Of a stretch of DNA of 64,000 bases, positions 38,790 through 49,509 are shown in pieces. This DNA is from Pseudomonadota bacterium. Its GTDB lineage: Bacteria > Desulfobacterota > Binatia > Binatales > Binataceae. How positions within the stretch are numbered: the first letter of the stretch is position 1; every line of letters starts with the position of its first letter. Both the position numbers and the translations under genes were made by a program. The stretch lies in the NCBI GenBank assembly GCA_021324885.1, contig JAJPIF010000029.1:1078-65077 (forward strand). Direction: 5' to 3'. A model generated the notes under the pieces. The model did not search any database. It was given only the letters and a program-made list of their open reading frames with translations, and was not told where the DNA came from.

Positions 38790-41138
38790 CTATCCCCCGA
38801 ATATCACTTTGGCTTCACGCAGTCTGGCGATTCGATCGCCGTCGTAGCCGAGAATACTCGACAGAACATGGCTGGTGTGCTCGCCCAGCAAAGGCGCCGG
38901 CGTGACGCTCACCTTCGCGCCGTCGAACCTGATAAACGGCGCGCCTTGCTCCAGTGCTCCAAGCTCCGGGTCGTCCACGATGGTTAACAGCTCATTCGCG
39001 ATTACCTGGGGCTCGTCGAACATCTGCGAGATGTGAGGCACGAGCGAGACCGCAACGCCAGCGGCGAGCAAGCCCTCGAACAGTTGCGCGGCCGCAAAGC
39101 GTGCGCAATAGTCCGCAATGATGCGCGCCAAATCTCCCTCAGGACCAGCTTCGCGGGCCTGCTCATAAGTCTGTGCCGGCAGCGCCGCGATACGCGCGCG
39201 CAGCGCCTGCCATGCTTGCGCATCCGCGATCGCAATATAGATCCACCTGCCGTCGCGGCATTGATAGACGCGATGCAACGCGGAGGGGCCGCGCGATTCC
39301 GGCGCGCCATTTTCCAGGTTGGGCCGGCCGCGATAGAAAACAAACTCGCCCGCCTGCAGCGCCATCACAGCGTGAATCAGCGAGGTCTCGCAATGCTGAC
39401 CCTTGCCGGTTATCTGGCGCGCGCGCAGCGCCAGCACGCATCCGAGCGCCGAGAGCGTCGCCGCGCCATAATCGCTGATCGGCAGCGTCATATAAAGGGG
39501 GTGTTTGGGTGAGTTGTCGCCGTTGTAACCGACGCCGCTGTGCGCCGCCATCGTGCCGGAAACCGCCTGCGCCAGCGGATCGAGTCCCGGCCGATCATAG
39601 TCGGGACCGTCGCTGCCAAAACCCGTGACGGTCATATAGATCAGGCGCGGATTGATCGCGCAAAGCCGTTCGTAGTCGATGCCAAGAGCGCGCGTGCGTC
39701 CGGGACGGAAGTTTTCCACGAACACATCGGCTTTACGGACGAGGTCGTAAACAATCTCACGTCCCTGCGGCGACTTGAGATCGACTCCGAGTCCCAGCTT
39801 GTTCTGGTTCCATGCGCGGAAGCCCGCCACATGGCGCAGCGAATCGCCGTCGGGACCTTCAACCTTGATTACTTCGGCGCCCAGATGCGCCAACAGCATC
39901 GGGCCGAACGACCCCGCTATATAACTGGAGACGTCAATCACCCTGATGCCGGCCAGCGGGCGCGCATCGCGGCCGGATTTGGAGGAAGACGGCGCGCAAG
40001 CGTCGCGGCCGCGCGCCTCCCTGAGCAAGCCTTCGAGCGACGAATTTTCCGCGGTGATGGCCGGTGCCGGCCCGGTGATTTCGCCGGGCGTCTGGTGCAG
40101 GTGAATCGGCGGACCCATCTGGATGGTCGGCCCAAGCGCCGGATCAACGATTTCGCGCCGCATACCCAGATATCGCACCTGGGGATCTTCCATGAACTGG
40201 CCGCGCGTCAACACGGGCGCCGCTGGCACTTCGTACTCGCGCAGGACCCGAATCCATTCCTCGCGCGAGCGTTGGAGGAAGGCCTGATCGAGAATGTCTT
40301 TAAGTTCCTGGATGTGCGCTTTCGGGATCCGCCAAGGCGCCTGATTGAAGCGTGGATCCTCGAACAGGCGGGGCTGTCCGATAGCGCCCGCCAGACGCTG
40401 GCAAAACCGCGCGCTGGTGCAATCCACGATCAGGTAAAGGCCGTCCGACGCCTTGAACAGCCGGATTACCGCATACGGCCCCAACGGATCCGCGGGTCCG
40501 GGCTGGGTGGTTGCGAGTTTCGGATGGCGCAGGAAATCTCCGCTTTGAAGCGCCATCGAACCGGCCAGCAAGGATACCTCGACTGGCCTGCCGACGCCGT
40601 CATCGTGCCGCGCTATGAGAGCCGCGATTGCGGCTGCCGCACCCAGCAGGCCGGCCTCGTAACTGGGCGCCGGAAAAACGGTTACGACCGGGTTTCCGCT
40701 GCGTGAACTTTGAGTGGCAAAGATTCCGCTCCAGGCCCGCACCACGTCATCTGCCGCGGCAATCTCGGCGTATGGCCCGCGGCTTCCCAGCGGCGGCATT
40801 CGAAGCAGGATTGCCGCAGGATTCAACCGATTGAGCGAACCATGCTCAATGCCTAAAGCTTGTTCACGGGAAGGAGTGAATCCGGACACCACCACGTCGG
40901 CGATTTTCAACAATTCATGGACTTTGCCGAGATCCGTGCTGGAATCCAGGTTGAGGAACAGCGCTTGCTTGCTCCGGTTCAGGACATGGAAATGGGGGGC
41001 GCCGCGGATGCGGTCTCCCTCGGGCGGCTCGATCCGGATCGTTCGGGCGCCATACTCGGCCATCAACATTGCCGCATACGCGGAACCCAGATTGCCGGCA
41101 AATTCGACCACGGTGATTCCGTCCAGAGGTTTGGCCAT
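38790..41138 (-). CDS. Tandem-fused family III CoA-transferase
   Basis: Two CaiB repeats (PLDGITVVEF, PLAGIRVIDV). Asp only in the C-terminal half (PISDY); the N-half reads PAPSY. Confidence 0.92.
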   Translation of the reverse strand: MAKPLDGITVVEFAGNLGSAYAAMLMAEYGARTIRIEPPEGDRIRGAPHFHVLNRSKQALFLNLDSSTDLGKVHELLKIADVVVSGFTPSREQALGIEHGSLNRLNPAAILLRMPPLGSRGPYAEIAAADDVVRAWSGIFATQSSRSGNPVVTVFPAPSYEAGLLGAAAAIAALIARHDDGVGRPVEVSLLAGSMALQSGDFLRHPKLATTQPGPADPLGPYAVIRLFKASDGLYLIVDCTSARFCQRLAGAIGQPRLFEDPRFNQAPWRIPKAHIQELKDILDQAFLQRSREEWIRVLREYEVPAAPVLTRGQFMEDPQVRYLGMRREIVDPALGPTIQMGPPIHLHQTPGEITGPAPAITAENSSLEGLLREARGRDACAPSSSKSGRDARPLAGIRVIDVSSYIAGSFGPMLLAHLGAEVIKVEGPDGDSLRHVAGFRAWNQNKLGLGVDLKSPQGREIVYDLVRKADVFVENFRPGRTRALGIDYERLCAINPRLIYMTVTGFGSDGPDYDRPGLDPLAQAVSGTMAAHSGVGYNGDNSPKHPLYMTLPISDYGAATLSALGCVLALRARQITGKGQHCETSLIHAVMALQAGEFVFYRGRPNLENGAPESRGPSALHRVYQCRDGRWIYIAIADAQAWQALRARIAALPAQTYEQAREAGPEGDLARIIADYCARFAAAQLFEGLLAAGVAVSLVPHISQMFDEPQVIANELLTIVDDPELGALEQGAPFIRFDGAKVSVTPAPLLGEHTSHVLSSILGYDGDRIARLREAKVIFGG

Positions 41139-41518
41139 GCTATTCCTCGATTGTTGGTCAGAACGTGAAACCCGCGGCTGCGCGCGCCATTGCGGCGGTT
41201 ATAACTCATAATTCGGGCACGGGCAAAACGTGAAGTCGCGAACGTTTTGGATCGTCATCGTCATTTGGTTCAAGCTTGCACACGCCACATCCATCTGGTG
41301 GCCGCTCGAAACAATTTGCACAGGAACAGGCTTCTTGATAACGCTAACAGAAAGGCTTCAGCGCGCTATAACTTGGATTGGCGGCAGCATCTGCGTGGCG
41401 GCCATGACCTTTTGACCTGAGAACCCTTCCGGTTTTCCCCCGCACCGCGAGCCCGGCCAATTGAAGCTGCTGCGAATTGCGTATAATCGTGCGCGCATGG
41501 CGCCGGGGCATTCTGAGC

Positions 41519-41968
41519 ATGGATACGATGTCGGGCAATAGCGGCGAACCTCGCGGTCGCACAAACAGTGGCGCGACGATACTTCTGGTTGACGATAACG
41601 AGGATCTTCGCGAAATCACTGCGATGCTGCTGTCGAACCTCGGCTACGAAGTCGTGGTGGCGGAAAGCGGCGCCGCCGCGATCAAACTCCTTGAAGAGGA
41701 GAAATCGGCGTGCGACCTGCTGATCGTGGATTTCGCGATGCCTGAGATGTCGGGCTTGCAACTTACCGCCAGGGTCCGCAGCCGCCGGCCCGACTTGAAA
41801 GTCCTGATCATGACCGGTTACGCTGACGACCCGGCCTTCCAGGCCAAACTGCGCGGAGAAGCGCTGATCAAAAAACCCTTCACCGCCGACCAACTCCGCG
41901 CGACTTTGGCACAGTTACTGACCGCCGCGGCCCAACCCCGCGTGCCAAACGGCGACGGTGGAAGTTAG
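41519..41968 (+). CDS. Stand-alone response regulator receiver
   Basis: ILLVDDNE, LLIVDFAMPEMSG, MTGY, KPF. Confidence 0.9.
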   Translation: MDTMSGNSGEPRGRTNSGATILLVDDNEDLREITAMLLSNLGYEVVVAESGAAAIKLLEEEKSACDLLIVDFAMPEMSGLQLTARVRSRRPDLKVLIMTGYADDPAFQAKLRGEALIKKPFTADQLRATLAQLLTAAAQPRVPNGDGGS

Positions 41969-42009
41969 GGCCGGCGCCCGGGTTTGAGCAACGGTCTGGG
42001 AATCAGCCA

Positions 42010-42387
42010 TCAGCCGATTGCCGTTGTCAGCAGTAAGGTGCTGTCCTCGGCCGCCTCGACGCTGTGCGCGACTTCGCGATCCAGCGCGATCATCGAGCCG
42101 GCGGCGATTTCGTTGCTGGCGCCCGCCGCGATAAAATTCACGCGTCCGGAAATCACCTGCACTGTCAGCGGCCCGCGGGTGTGATGCTCATGCAGGCGGG
42201 CGCCGCGTCGCAGCGACATCAGCATCACGTTGAGCCCGTACTGTTTCACCAGGCTTACCGATTCACGGTCGCGATTTGCCGCGTCGCGTTGCGCCTGGAG
42301 CCGCGCAGCTTGTCCAGCCAGATCGATTAATATGAACCCGCCTCGGGCAGGCCGCAGCGCCTGACCCGCGTTGTCGTTATCGGCCAT
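42010..42387 (-). CDS. Cupin domain protein
   Basis: LHEHHT...VQVISG...HSVEA. Confidence 0.85.
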   Translation of the reverse strand: MADNDNAGQALRPARGGFILIDLAGQAARLQAQRDAANRDRESVSLVKQYGLNVMLMSLRRGARLHEHHTRGPLTVQVISGRVNFIAAGASNEIAAGSMIALDREVAHSVEAAEDSTLLLTTAIG

Positions 42388-42477
42388 CGAATGTCTCCGT
42401 TTCACACAATGGGCGGCCTTGGGACCGGATGAATTGCATTATGCGGTAGGCAGAGCGGGAGATCCCGCAGCCGCGCT

Positions 42478-43251
42478 CTATTCCAGCCAAGGCTGTTTAA
42501 CCCGCTCAGCGATTTCCGCCAGCGCCTGCTCCTTCTTTTTGCCGGGCCACATCACCAGCCGCGCCTCGGCGAAAAAATACATCGGCGCCTCGCTGAAATT
42601 GTTGAAGTCCGCAAGGACGCTGCGCTGGAACTCGATCGAATTGATCGCGCGCCGCGCCGCGTCATAGTCGTCAAACCAGATCTCGTCGACACCGTCCCAG
42701 CGCGGATCGCCCCAATGGTACGCCTCGTCCAGGACGACGGATTGATGGTAGTGGCGCAGGCCCGGCAGAGCCTTGACGATCGGCGCGTGAACCTCGGTCC
42801 AGTACGACCTGAAATCCTCGATCCTGACACCCATCCTGCGCTGCAGCTGAAAGATGCCCTGGATCATGCCCGAGCGCAGCTCGCCCGCCTCCAGCACCGG
42901 CTTGTCCAGGGCCAGCATGTAGCCGATACGCGAAAGGTCGATAAAGTTGAACTCATCGCGTTTGAAGGGGGAATTCGGATGCTCCTGGATTGAAAGCTGC
43001 CCCACCATGTCGTTAGCTAACTCATCGCTCCACACCTCGCTGACGGCGTCGAACGGCGAGTTTCCGCCCAGCGAATGAATCCGATGATTCTGGATGTAGC
43101 GGCGCATGTGGCGCGGTCTGGTTTCCCCGCCTTTGGTGCCCAGCTCGGCCTGCCGCATGCCGGATTGGGTGTGAAGGGCCAGGTAATGGTAATGGAATCC
43201 GGCCGCGCTCAGCGACGGTTTGCGCCCGAAGAAATAAAACATATGGTACAT
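42478..43251 (-). CDS. Tandem EthD-domain protein
   Basis: Two repeats: FHYHYLALH...RYIQNH...FDAVSEVW and FRSYWTEVH...HYHQS...WDGVDEIW. Confidence 0.85.
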   Translation of the reverse strand: MYHMFYFFGRKPSLSAAGFHYHYLALHTQSGMRQAELGTKGGETRPRHMRRYIQNHRIHSLGGNSPFDAVSEVWSDELANDMVGQLSIQEHPNSPFKRDEFNFIDLSRIGYMLALDKPVLEAGELRSGMIQGIFQLQRRMGVRIEDFRSYWTEVHAPIVKALPGLRHYHQSVVLDEAYHWGDPRWDGVDEIWFDDYDAARRAINSIEFQRSVLADFNNFSEAPMYFFAEARLVMWPGKKKEQALAEIAERVKQPWLE

Positions 43252-43372
43252 AAATTCTTCTCCCGCTGGTTTGCCTGAAGGCGGACAGTCCCTCCAGGAT
43301 TGCGCCGCGACCCCGCACTCCGTTCAAGTTTGCATGGGCTGTTTCATACCGCTTCAGCGCCAGCCTGCGAAA

Positions 43373-44638
43373 CTAAATCACGCCGTCGCGGCGCAGCCGC
43401 TCCTGCTCAGCTTTGCTCAGCTTCAGCAACTCGCCGTAAACGTAGTCGTTATCCTCGCCGTAGCAGGGCGCGGAGCGGCGCGTCGGACCGCCCTGATCCG
43501 ACTCCAGATTGGCGAAGTGCCAGGCGATGTCGCGATGCGGCCAGGTGCCCACGTAGCTGTGGGGCAGATCGATCATCCACTTGAGATGTTTCAACTGGGG
43601 GTCCCTTTCCAGGCGGTCCTGCGCTCTTTGGCACACTCCCGCCGGCACTCCGGCCTTTTGCAACCGCTCCTGGATCGCATAAGCGTCCTGGTCTTTGGTC
43701 CACGCCTCGATCCGGCGATCCAGTTCGTCCTGATTGGCAATGCGCGCCGCCATCGTCGCAAATTTGGGATCGGCGGACCATCCGGGCTGTCCCATCTCTC
43801 TGACCAGCCCGCGCCATTCCTGCTCGTCTCTTACCGCGATCGCAATCCAACGATCCGCGCCCGGCCCGGCGCATCTGTACGCGCCGTGCGGCGCCGCGGG
43901 CTGATACCGGGATCGATTTCCGTCGCGCTGCCAATGGCGTCCGTTGGCCACGTAATCCAGGATCGCCGTTCCGGTCATGTAAATCGCGGGCTCGATCTGG
44001 GAGCCATCGATGTACTGGCCCTTGCCCGTGGCTTGTTTGTAGTTGAGCGCCAAAAGCATGCCGATTGCGCAGTAGTACGCGCCGCTCCAGTCCATATAGG
44101 AGAAGCCCCATCCGGCGGGCGGAGCAGGATCGGGCAGTCCCGATTGCTCAGTCAGCCCCGATATTCCCTGCGCGATTGGACCATAGGATGCATATTTCAC
44201 ATACGGACCTTTTTTGCCCCATCCAGGCTGCTGATAGTAGATAATATCCGGCTTCACCGATTTGAGTACTTCGTAGCCCAGTCCCAGCTTGTCCATGGTT
44301 TCGGCGGTGAACGATTCGACAACCACATCGCTGATGCCGACCAGCCGCAGAAACAGCTTGCGTCCCTCGGGATGTTTCACATTCAGGCTGATTCCGTACT
44401 TGCCGGCGTTGATCGCATTGAAATAGCCGGACCGGTTCGGATTCTGCGGGTCCAGCGGAGCATGGTCAGGCTGGCGATACGGGATCGGCGTTTGCGCATG
44501 GAACCGCAGCCAGTCCATCCTGCCATGCCACTCGACCCGAATGACCTCAGCGCCCAATGCCGACATCAGCTTGAGACCGCCCGCCCCCGCCATCAGCCAG
44601 GTCAAATCCGCGATTCTTACTCCTTCCAACGGCCGCAT
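43373..44638 (-). CDS. Family III CoA-transferase, catalytic subunit
   Basis: PLEGVRIADLTW, NAGKYGISLN, FSYMD. Confidence 0.93.
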   Translation of the reverse strand: MRPLEGVRIADLTWLMAGAGGLKLMSALGAEVIRVEWHGRMDWLRFHAQTPIPYRQPDHAPLDPQNPNRSGYFNAINAGKYGISLNVKHPEGRKLFLRLVGISDVVVESFTAETMDKLGLGYEVLKSVKPDIIYYQQPGWGKKGPYVKYASYGPIAQGISGLTEQSGLPDPAPPAGWGFSYMDWSGAYYCAIGMLLALNYKQATGKGQYIDGSQIEPAIYMTGTAILDYVANGRHWQRDGNRSRYQPAAPHGAYRCAGPGADRWIAIAVRDEQEWRGLVREMGQPGWSADPKFATMAARIANQDELDRRIEAWTKDQDAYAIQERLQKAGVPAGVCQRAQDRLERDPQLKHLKWMIDLPHSYVGTWPHRDIAWHFANLESDQGGPTRRSAPCYGEDNDYVYGELLKLSKAEQERLRRDGVI

Positions 44639-44681
44639 ATCTCTACTCCATTTCCCTGTTGAGGCCGGAAATAAAATCGAA

Positions 44682-45929
44682 TCAGATGATTTTGCGTTCG
44701 CGCAACCGGCTTAGCTCGTCCGCACCCTTGCCGAGAATCTCGCCATACACCTCCGCGTTGTGTTCACCGATGAGGGGCGCGCGCGGACCTGTGCGCCACG
44801 GGCATTCCTCGGAGAGCATCGGCGAGCGCGGATAGGTAAAGCTGCGGCCCAGTTCCGGATGATCGACTTCGCCGAAGGTCTCCCGCGCCCGCCATTGCGG
44901 ATCGTTCAGGTTCTCCTCGGGTTTGCGCACCGGAACCCACGGAATACCCAGATCCTGCGCCTCGTGCCAGGTTTCCTCAAGGTTGGAGGCGGCGACGCAT
45001 TTGCCGATCTGATCGTAAAAGTGATGGTGAAATTCGCGGTTCCTGCGGTTTTCCGGATCCTTGTATTTCTCGCTTCCCAGGTCGTCGGCGAAGCCCTTGC
45101 GCCGCAGCAACTCGACTGCCGCCTCGAATCCGCCTGCGAATGGATTGACTATTATGCAATGGTAACGCCCATCTTTGGTTCGGTATTGGGTCGGCGCGTC
45201 GGGTTCAGGTCGCGCATGGCGTCCGGTCAGCCGCAAATAGGGCCGCCCGGTGAACAGGAAACATTCGACGTCATGCTCGGTGCAGCAGCTAATCGCCTGA
45301 TGGATCGGTATATCAATATAGTCGCCGCGCTGCGTATTGCCGCGCGCGAACAGCGCACCCAGCGCCGCGATAAAGGCCTGGTTGCCGGCGATATGATAGG
45401 AATGCCACATTTGCGCGGCGATCGGCGGCGTGTCGTAGGTGAGGTCGGGTTTGGGATCGTATCCGCAATGCATCATCTCGCCGCCCAGCGCCATATGCAC
45501 CAAATCGTTGGCTTTGTAATCGCGCCACGGACCGCTGCGGCCAAACGGCGTGATACGCACATAGACGAGACCGGGATTGAGGCTTCGCAGCGCGTCCCAG
45601 GTAAAGCCCAGATTCTCCATCGTGTCCAGCGGCAGGCTGTCGATTACAACCGCGGTCTGAGCGAGCAGGCCGCGCAGAAGATCGCGGCCCTCGGCGGCGT
45701 TGATATCAAGCGTGACGCCGCGCTTGCCAAAATTGAAATGCCAGAAGTACAGGCTGCGCTCCGGATCGGGCCGGTCCTGGTAAAACGGCCCGATCGATCG
45801 CGTGGAGCTGCCGCCCGGCGGCTCGACCTTGATCACATCGGCGCCGGCCCCGGCAAACAACTTGCCACAGAACTCGCCCTTCTCGTCGCCCAGCTCAAGC
45901 ACCTTGATATGGGAAAGAAATCCGGTCAT
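44682..45929 (-). CDS. Family III CoA-transferase, Asp-less subunit
   Basis: GADVIKVEPP, NFGKRGV, ITPFGRSGP. The catalytic region reads MWHSYHIAG. Confidence 0.9.
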   Translation of the reverse strand: MTGFLSHIKVLELGDEKGEFCGKLFAGAGADVIKVEPPGGSSTRSIGPFYQDRPDPERSLYFWHFNFGKRGVTLDINAAEGRDLLRGLLAQTAVVIDSLPLDTMENLGFTWDALRSLNPGLVYVRITPFGRSGPWRDYKANDLVHMALGGEMMHCGYDPKPDLTYDTPPIAAQMWHSYHIAGNQAFIAALGALFARGNTQRGDYIDIPIHQAISCCTEHDVECFLFTGRPYLRLTGRHARPEPDAPTQYRTKDGRYHCIIVNPFAGGFEAAVELLRRKGFADDLGSEKYKDPENRRNREFHHHFYDQIGKCVAASNLEETWHEAQDLGIPWVPVRKPEENLNDPQWRARETFGEVDHPELGRSFTYPRSPMLSEECPWRTGPRAPLIGEHNAEVYGEILGKGADELSRLRERKII

Positions 45930-46005
45930 TCGGCATCTCCCGATTGGCAATAGTCAGTTCGCGAAAGCAAAGACAACCCTCACCCCAATTTCCTTACCGC
46001 TTATC

Positions 46006-47118
46006 TCACTCCAACCCATAAAGCCGCACGGCGTTCTCCGCGAGCATCTTACGCCTGGCTGCCTCGCTGACGCCTTGGAAGGCCTCCTCGACGTACCGGC
46101 GCGAATTGGGCCAGGTCGTGTCCGTATGCGGATAGTCCGACGACCACATCAGGTTATCGACGCCGATATGCTCGGCGATCTTCACGCCGATCGGATCTTC
46201 GATGAATGTCGCATAGACCTGGCGATGGAAATATTCGCTGGGAAGCAGCGGCAGGTCCAGTTTCGTCCAATGGCGATGGCGCTTGTATGTCCGGTCCATC
46301 TTCTCCAGGAAATATCCGATCCAGCCGATATTGCCCTCTACCGAAACGAACTTGAGGCGCGGGAATCGCTGCAGCACGCCGGTGAAAATGATCTTGGCCA
46401 AGGTCTCATAGCAGGCCAGTGAATGGTTCGCCATCTCGGCGCACAACAATCCCGCCGAGTTCAACTCGTTGAAGCGCTCCGCCTTGCTGCCGGTAATAAG
46501 ATGGATATGAACGGGCAACCCGGTTTCCTGGGCGGCAGCCCAAATCGGATCATAAATCGGATTGTCCAGCGGTTTGAGGCGCGGGTAAGTTGGCACCATC
46601 ACGCCCCTCAATTCGCGCTTCTTCGCCACCCGCCCGACTTCCGCCACCGCCGCCTCGACGTCATCAGTTGGCAACAGCGCTATTCCCAGTAACCGCGACG
46701 CGTCAACCGCGCAGAACTCGGCGAGAAAGTCGTTGTAGGCGCGCAGGCAGGCCAGTTGCAGCTCCGCGTCTTTCATGTTGTAGAACTCTGCGATGGCCAG
46801 GTTCGGAAACAGGACCTGCGCATCGACGCCGTCGATATCCATGTCGCGCAGCCGCTCGTGCGGTTCGTAGGCTCCCTTTCTGATGCTGGCGTAAGTCTCG
46901 CCGGCAGGTTTGTACTCCTCGAACTTGCGGCCGGCCTGCGCACCCAGTCCGAACGTCGCGCCGACCTTGCCGTCGATCTCCCAGGCGTCGCCGTTTGGGG
47001 TGTGCACAATTTTGGGAGCGCGCGCCTTCAGCCTCGAAGGGACGCGGCTTTGCCAGGTATCTTCGGGTTCCTGCACATGATCGTCGGCCGACACCAGATT
47101 ATATTTGTGTTTTTCCAT
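46006..47118 (-). CDS. Amidohydrolase family 2 protein
   Basis: VSADDHVQEP, DGVDAQVLFP, VHIH, WSSDYPH. Confidence 0.93.
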   Translation of the reverse strand: MEKHKYNLVSADDHVQEPEDTWQSRVPSRLKARAPKIVHTPNGDAWEIDGKVGATFGLGAQAGRKFEEYKPAGETYASIRKGAYEPHERLRDMDIDGVDAQVLFPNLAIAEFYNMKDAELQLACLRAYNDFLAEFCAVDASRLLGIALLPTDDVEAAVAEVGRVAKKRELRGVMVPTYPRLKPLDNPIYDPIWAAAQETGLPVHIHLITGSKAERFNELNSAGLLCAEMANHSLACYETLAKIIFTGVLQRFPRLKFVSVEGNIGWIGYFLEKMDRTYKRHRHWTKLDLPLLPSEYFHRQVYATFIEDPIGVKIAEHIGVDNLMWSSDYPHTDTTWPNSRRYVEEAFQGVSEAARRKMLAENAVRLYGLE

Positions 47119-47142
47119 AATCAGCGCTCCAAAGACCTGATA

Positions 47143-49488
47143 TCATGTTTCCTGCGGCCAGCTCACAACGCGTCTTTCCTTGAGCGTTTCCTGCTCGCGG
47201 TCAGAATATCCCAGTTCACCCAAAATCTGACGAGTATGCTCACCGAGTATCGGCGGTGGTCCCTGTATATTTTGCGAAGTGCGCGAAAACCGGATGGTCT
47301 TTCCGAATTGGCGCAGCTTCGCGCCCAAATCGCCTTGCGGGTATTCGACCACGCGTCCAGTCTCCAACGCCCACGAGTCCATCAGATATTCGCGCCAGTA
47401 GCCACGGCGGCAGACTTCGCAGGGCACGCCCGCCTGGTCCAGGATGGTGAACCATTGCGCCGCCGTTCTTTGCCTGAAGATCGGCTCGAAGATCGCGCCC
47501 AACTCGTCGCGATGGTCCACGCGGCCGTGATGGCCGGAAAAGCGCGGGTTTTCGGCAAGCCGCGGCTGCTCCAACACCTCGCACAGCCGCCGCCAATGCT
47601 GCTCCGAGCAGGCCGCCACGCAAATCCATCCGTCTGCCGTTTCGTACAACCGATAGGTGGCGCTGGTGCCGCATTGGCTGCGGTCAAGCGTCGGACGCCG
47701 GCGCACATCGGACCGCTCGCTGATAAACGCGTCGGAGTTGTACCACAGTCCCGCATTGAGCAGCGAGCCGTCAACGAACTGACCTTCGCCGGTGCGGTCA
47801 CGATGGTAGATCGCCATCAGGGTCGCGATTGCCGACAGCGTCGCGCCGCCAATATCAACCGGGCCCGCCTGCACCCACAGGGGCGGATTGCCCTCGCCGC
47901 CGCCCATCTGCTCCATCCCGCACATCGCCTCGAAAAGCTGATCGTATCCGCCCATCCCGGCGCTCGGTCCGTGCGTTCCATAGGCGGCGCTGTGACAGTA
48001 AATCAGGTCGGGCTTGATCGCTCTCAGCGTCGCGTAGTCGATCTTGAGGCGCTCGGCGACGCCGGGGCGCTGATTATGATGCACAACGTCGCTTCGCCTG
48101 ATTAGCCGGTAGATGATCTCGAGCCCCTCGGGTTGTTTCAGATCCACCGCCAAATCGAGTTTGCCGCGCTGGCAGGCAAAAAAAGGCTGCGCCGGATAGC
48201 GCATCCGATCACCTTCGAGCCGCTCCACTTTGATTACCCGGGCGCCGAGGTCAGCCAGCAGCATCGGGCCGAATGGACCCGCGAGGTACTCGCCGAAATC
48301 GACCACGGTGATGTCAGCCAGCGGATGGCTGAGGGTTTTGCGCCGCGCTATCGGCGCCGATTCCCAGCGGCGGGAGGGAGCATGCGAAAGTTCAGCCAGG
48401 ATTTTCGCCGAATGCTCGCCCGGTTCGGGCGGCGGTCCTTTGATAGCGCCCGGCGACCTGGCAAATCGAATCGGAATTCCGATCTGTTTGACGCGTCCGC
48501 GATGCGGATCGTCGATCTCCGCCATCATCTCGTTGGCCAGCGTCTGCCCGTGCAGCAGCGCCTCCTCGGTCGAGATTACGCCCTCCACCGGCACGTCATG
48601 GCGGCGCAGGAGATCGATCCAATACTCGCGCGGACGCGTCTTGAAGACTTTGGCGGCTTCCCTGATGAATCTGCGGCGCTCTTCCACTGGTAGGATTCTG
48701 CTACCTTCCGGTGGCGGCAGATGCACGCCGAGCAGCTCCGCGATCACCCACAGGTTGCCGCGGTCGGTCATCATATGATGGAGCCAAAGCCCGTCGCCGC
48801 ATTCGTACAGGAACTGGGGAAACGGCTCGATGCTGTTCATCGCCTCGGCAAACGGCGGCGTCAGCTGGTCCGACCATTGCCAGAGCATGCAGGTGATGAT
48901 TGCGGTTCCGTCCAGCAGCGAGGTATCGACGAACTGGCCGCGGCCGTCAAACCGCCGCATCCGCAGCGCCGCGCAGATGCCGAGGACGGCGCACAACGCG
49001 GCGCCATGGCTGGGGAATGGGCAGTATAAAAACGTGGGACCGTCGCGGCGGATCCCCGGCTGCTGAAAATGAAGACCCAGCCGCGCCGCCACCAGGGCGT
49101 CAATCGCGGGTCGATCGCTCCACGGATGGTCCCAGCCGTAGCCGGTGATTCGGCAGTGCACCAGGTGCGCAAAGGCCGCCTCGATTTCGCCGGGCGCCAG
49201 ATTGAGGGCCGCAGCCTCGGAGGGCGAAAACGAGTCGAGCAGCACGTCGGCGCTGTCCAGCAAGCGATTGAGAATCGCGCGCTCGCCGCGGTCGGCCACG
49301 TCCAGGGTCAGACTGCGCTTGCTGCGGTTCCAGACGAAATAGCCCGGCTCGATTAGCCGGCAAGGATCGCCTCCGGGCGGTTCGACCTTGATCACATCGG
49401 CGCCCTGCTCCGCCATCAGCAGCGAGGTCAGCGCGCCCGCGATGCCCTGGGAAAGATCGATCACCCGGATGCCGTCGAAAATCGCCAT
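47143..49488 (-). CDS. Tandem-fused family III CoA-transferase
   Basis: Two CaiB repeats. The N-half reads PFPSH (no Asp) and the C-half GPVDI (Asp). Confidence 0.92.
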   Translation of the reverse strand: MAIFDGIRVIDLSQGIAGALTSLLMAEQGADVIKVEPPGGDPCRLIEPGYFVWNRSKRSLTLDVADRGERAILNRLLDSADVLLDSFSPSEAAALNLAPGEIEAAFAHLVHCRITGYGWDHPWSDRPAIDALVAARLGLHFQQPGIRRDGPTFLYCPFPSHGAALCAVLGICAALRMRRFDGRGQFVDTSLLDGTAIITCMLWQWSDQLTPPFAEAMNSIEPFPQFLYECGDGLWLHHMMTDRGNLWVIAELLGVHLPPPEGSRILPVEERRRFIREAAKVFKTRPREYWIDLLRRHDVPVEGVISTEEALLHGQTLANEMMAEIDDPHRGRVKQIGIPIRFARSPGAIKGPPPEPGEHSAKILAELSHAPSRRWESAPIARRKTLSHPLADITVVDFGEYLAGPFGPMLLADLGARVIKVERLEGDRMRYPAQPFFACQRGKLDLAVDLKQPEGLEIIYRLIRRSDVVHHNQRPGVAERLKIDYATLRAIKPDLIYCHSAAYGTHGPSAGMGGYDQLFEAMCGMEQMGGGEGNPPLWVQAGPVDIGGATLSAIATLMAIYHRDRTGEGQFVDGSLLNAGLWYNSDAFISERSDVRRRPTLDRSQCGTSATYRLYETADGWICVAACSEQHWRRLCEVLEQPRLAENPRFSGHHGRVDHRDELGAIFEPIFRQRTAAQWFTILDQAGVPCEVCRRGYWREYLMDSWALETGRVVEYPQGDLGAKLRQFGKTIRFSRTSQNIQGPPPILGEHTRQILGELGYSDREQETLKERRVVSWPQET

Positions 49489-49509
49489 GATTCACCGCTT
49501 GCGGCGATT

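Noticed and set aside
41230-41415. 61-aa hydrophobic ORF
   Set aside because: GTG start without SD in a divergent promoter region; no supporting motif.
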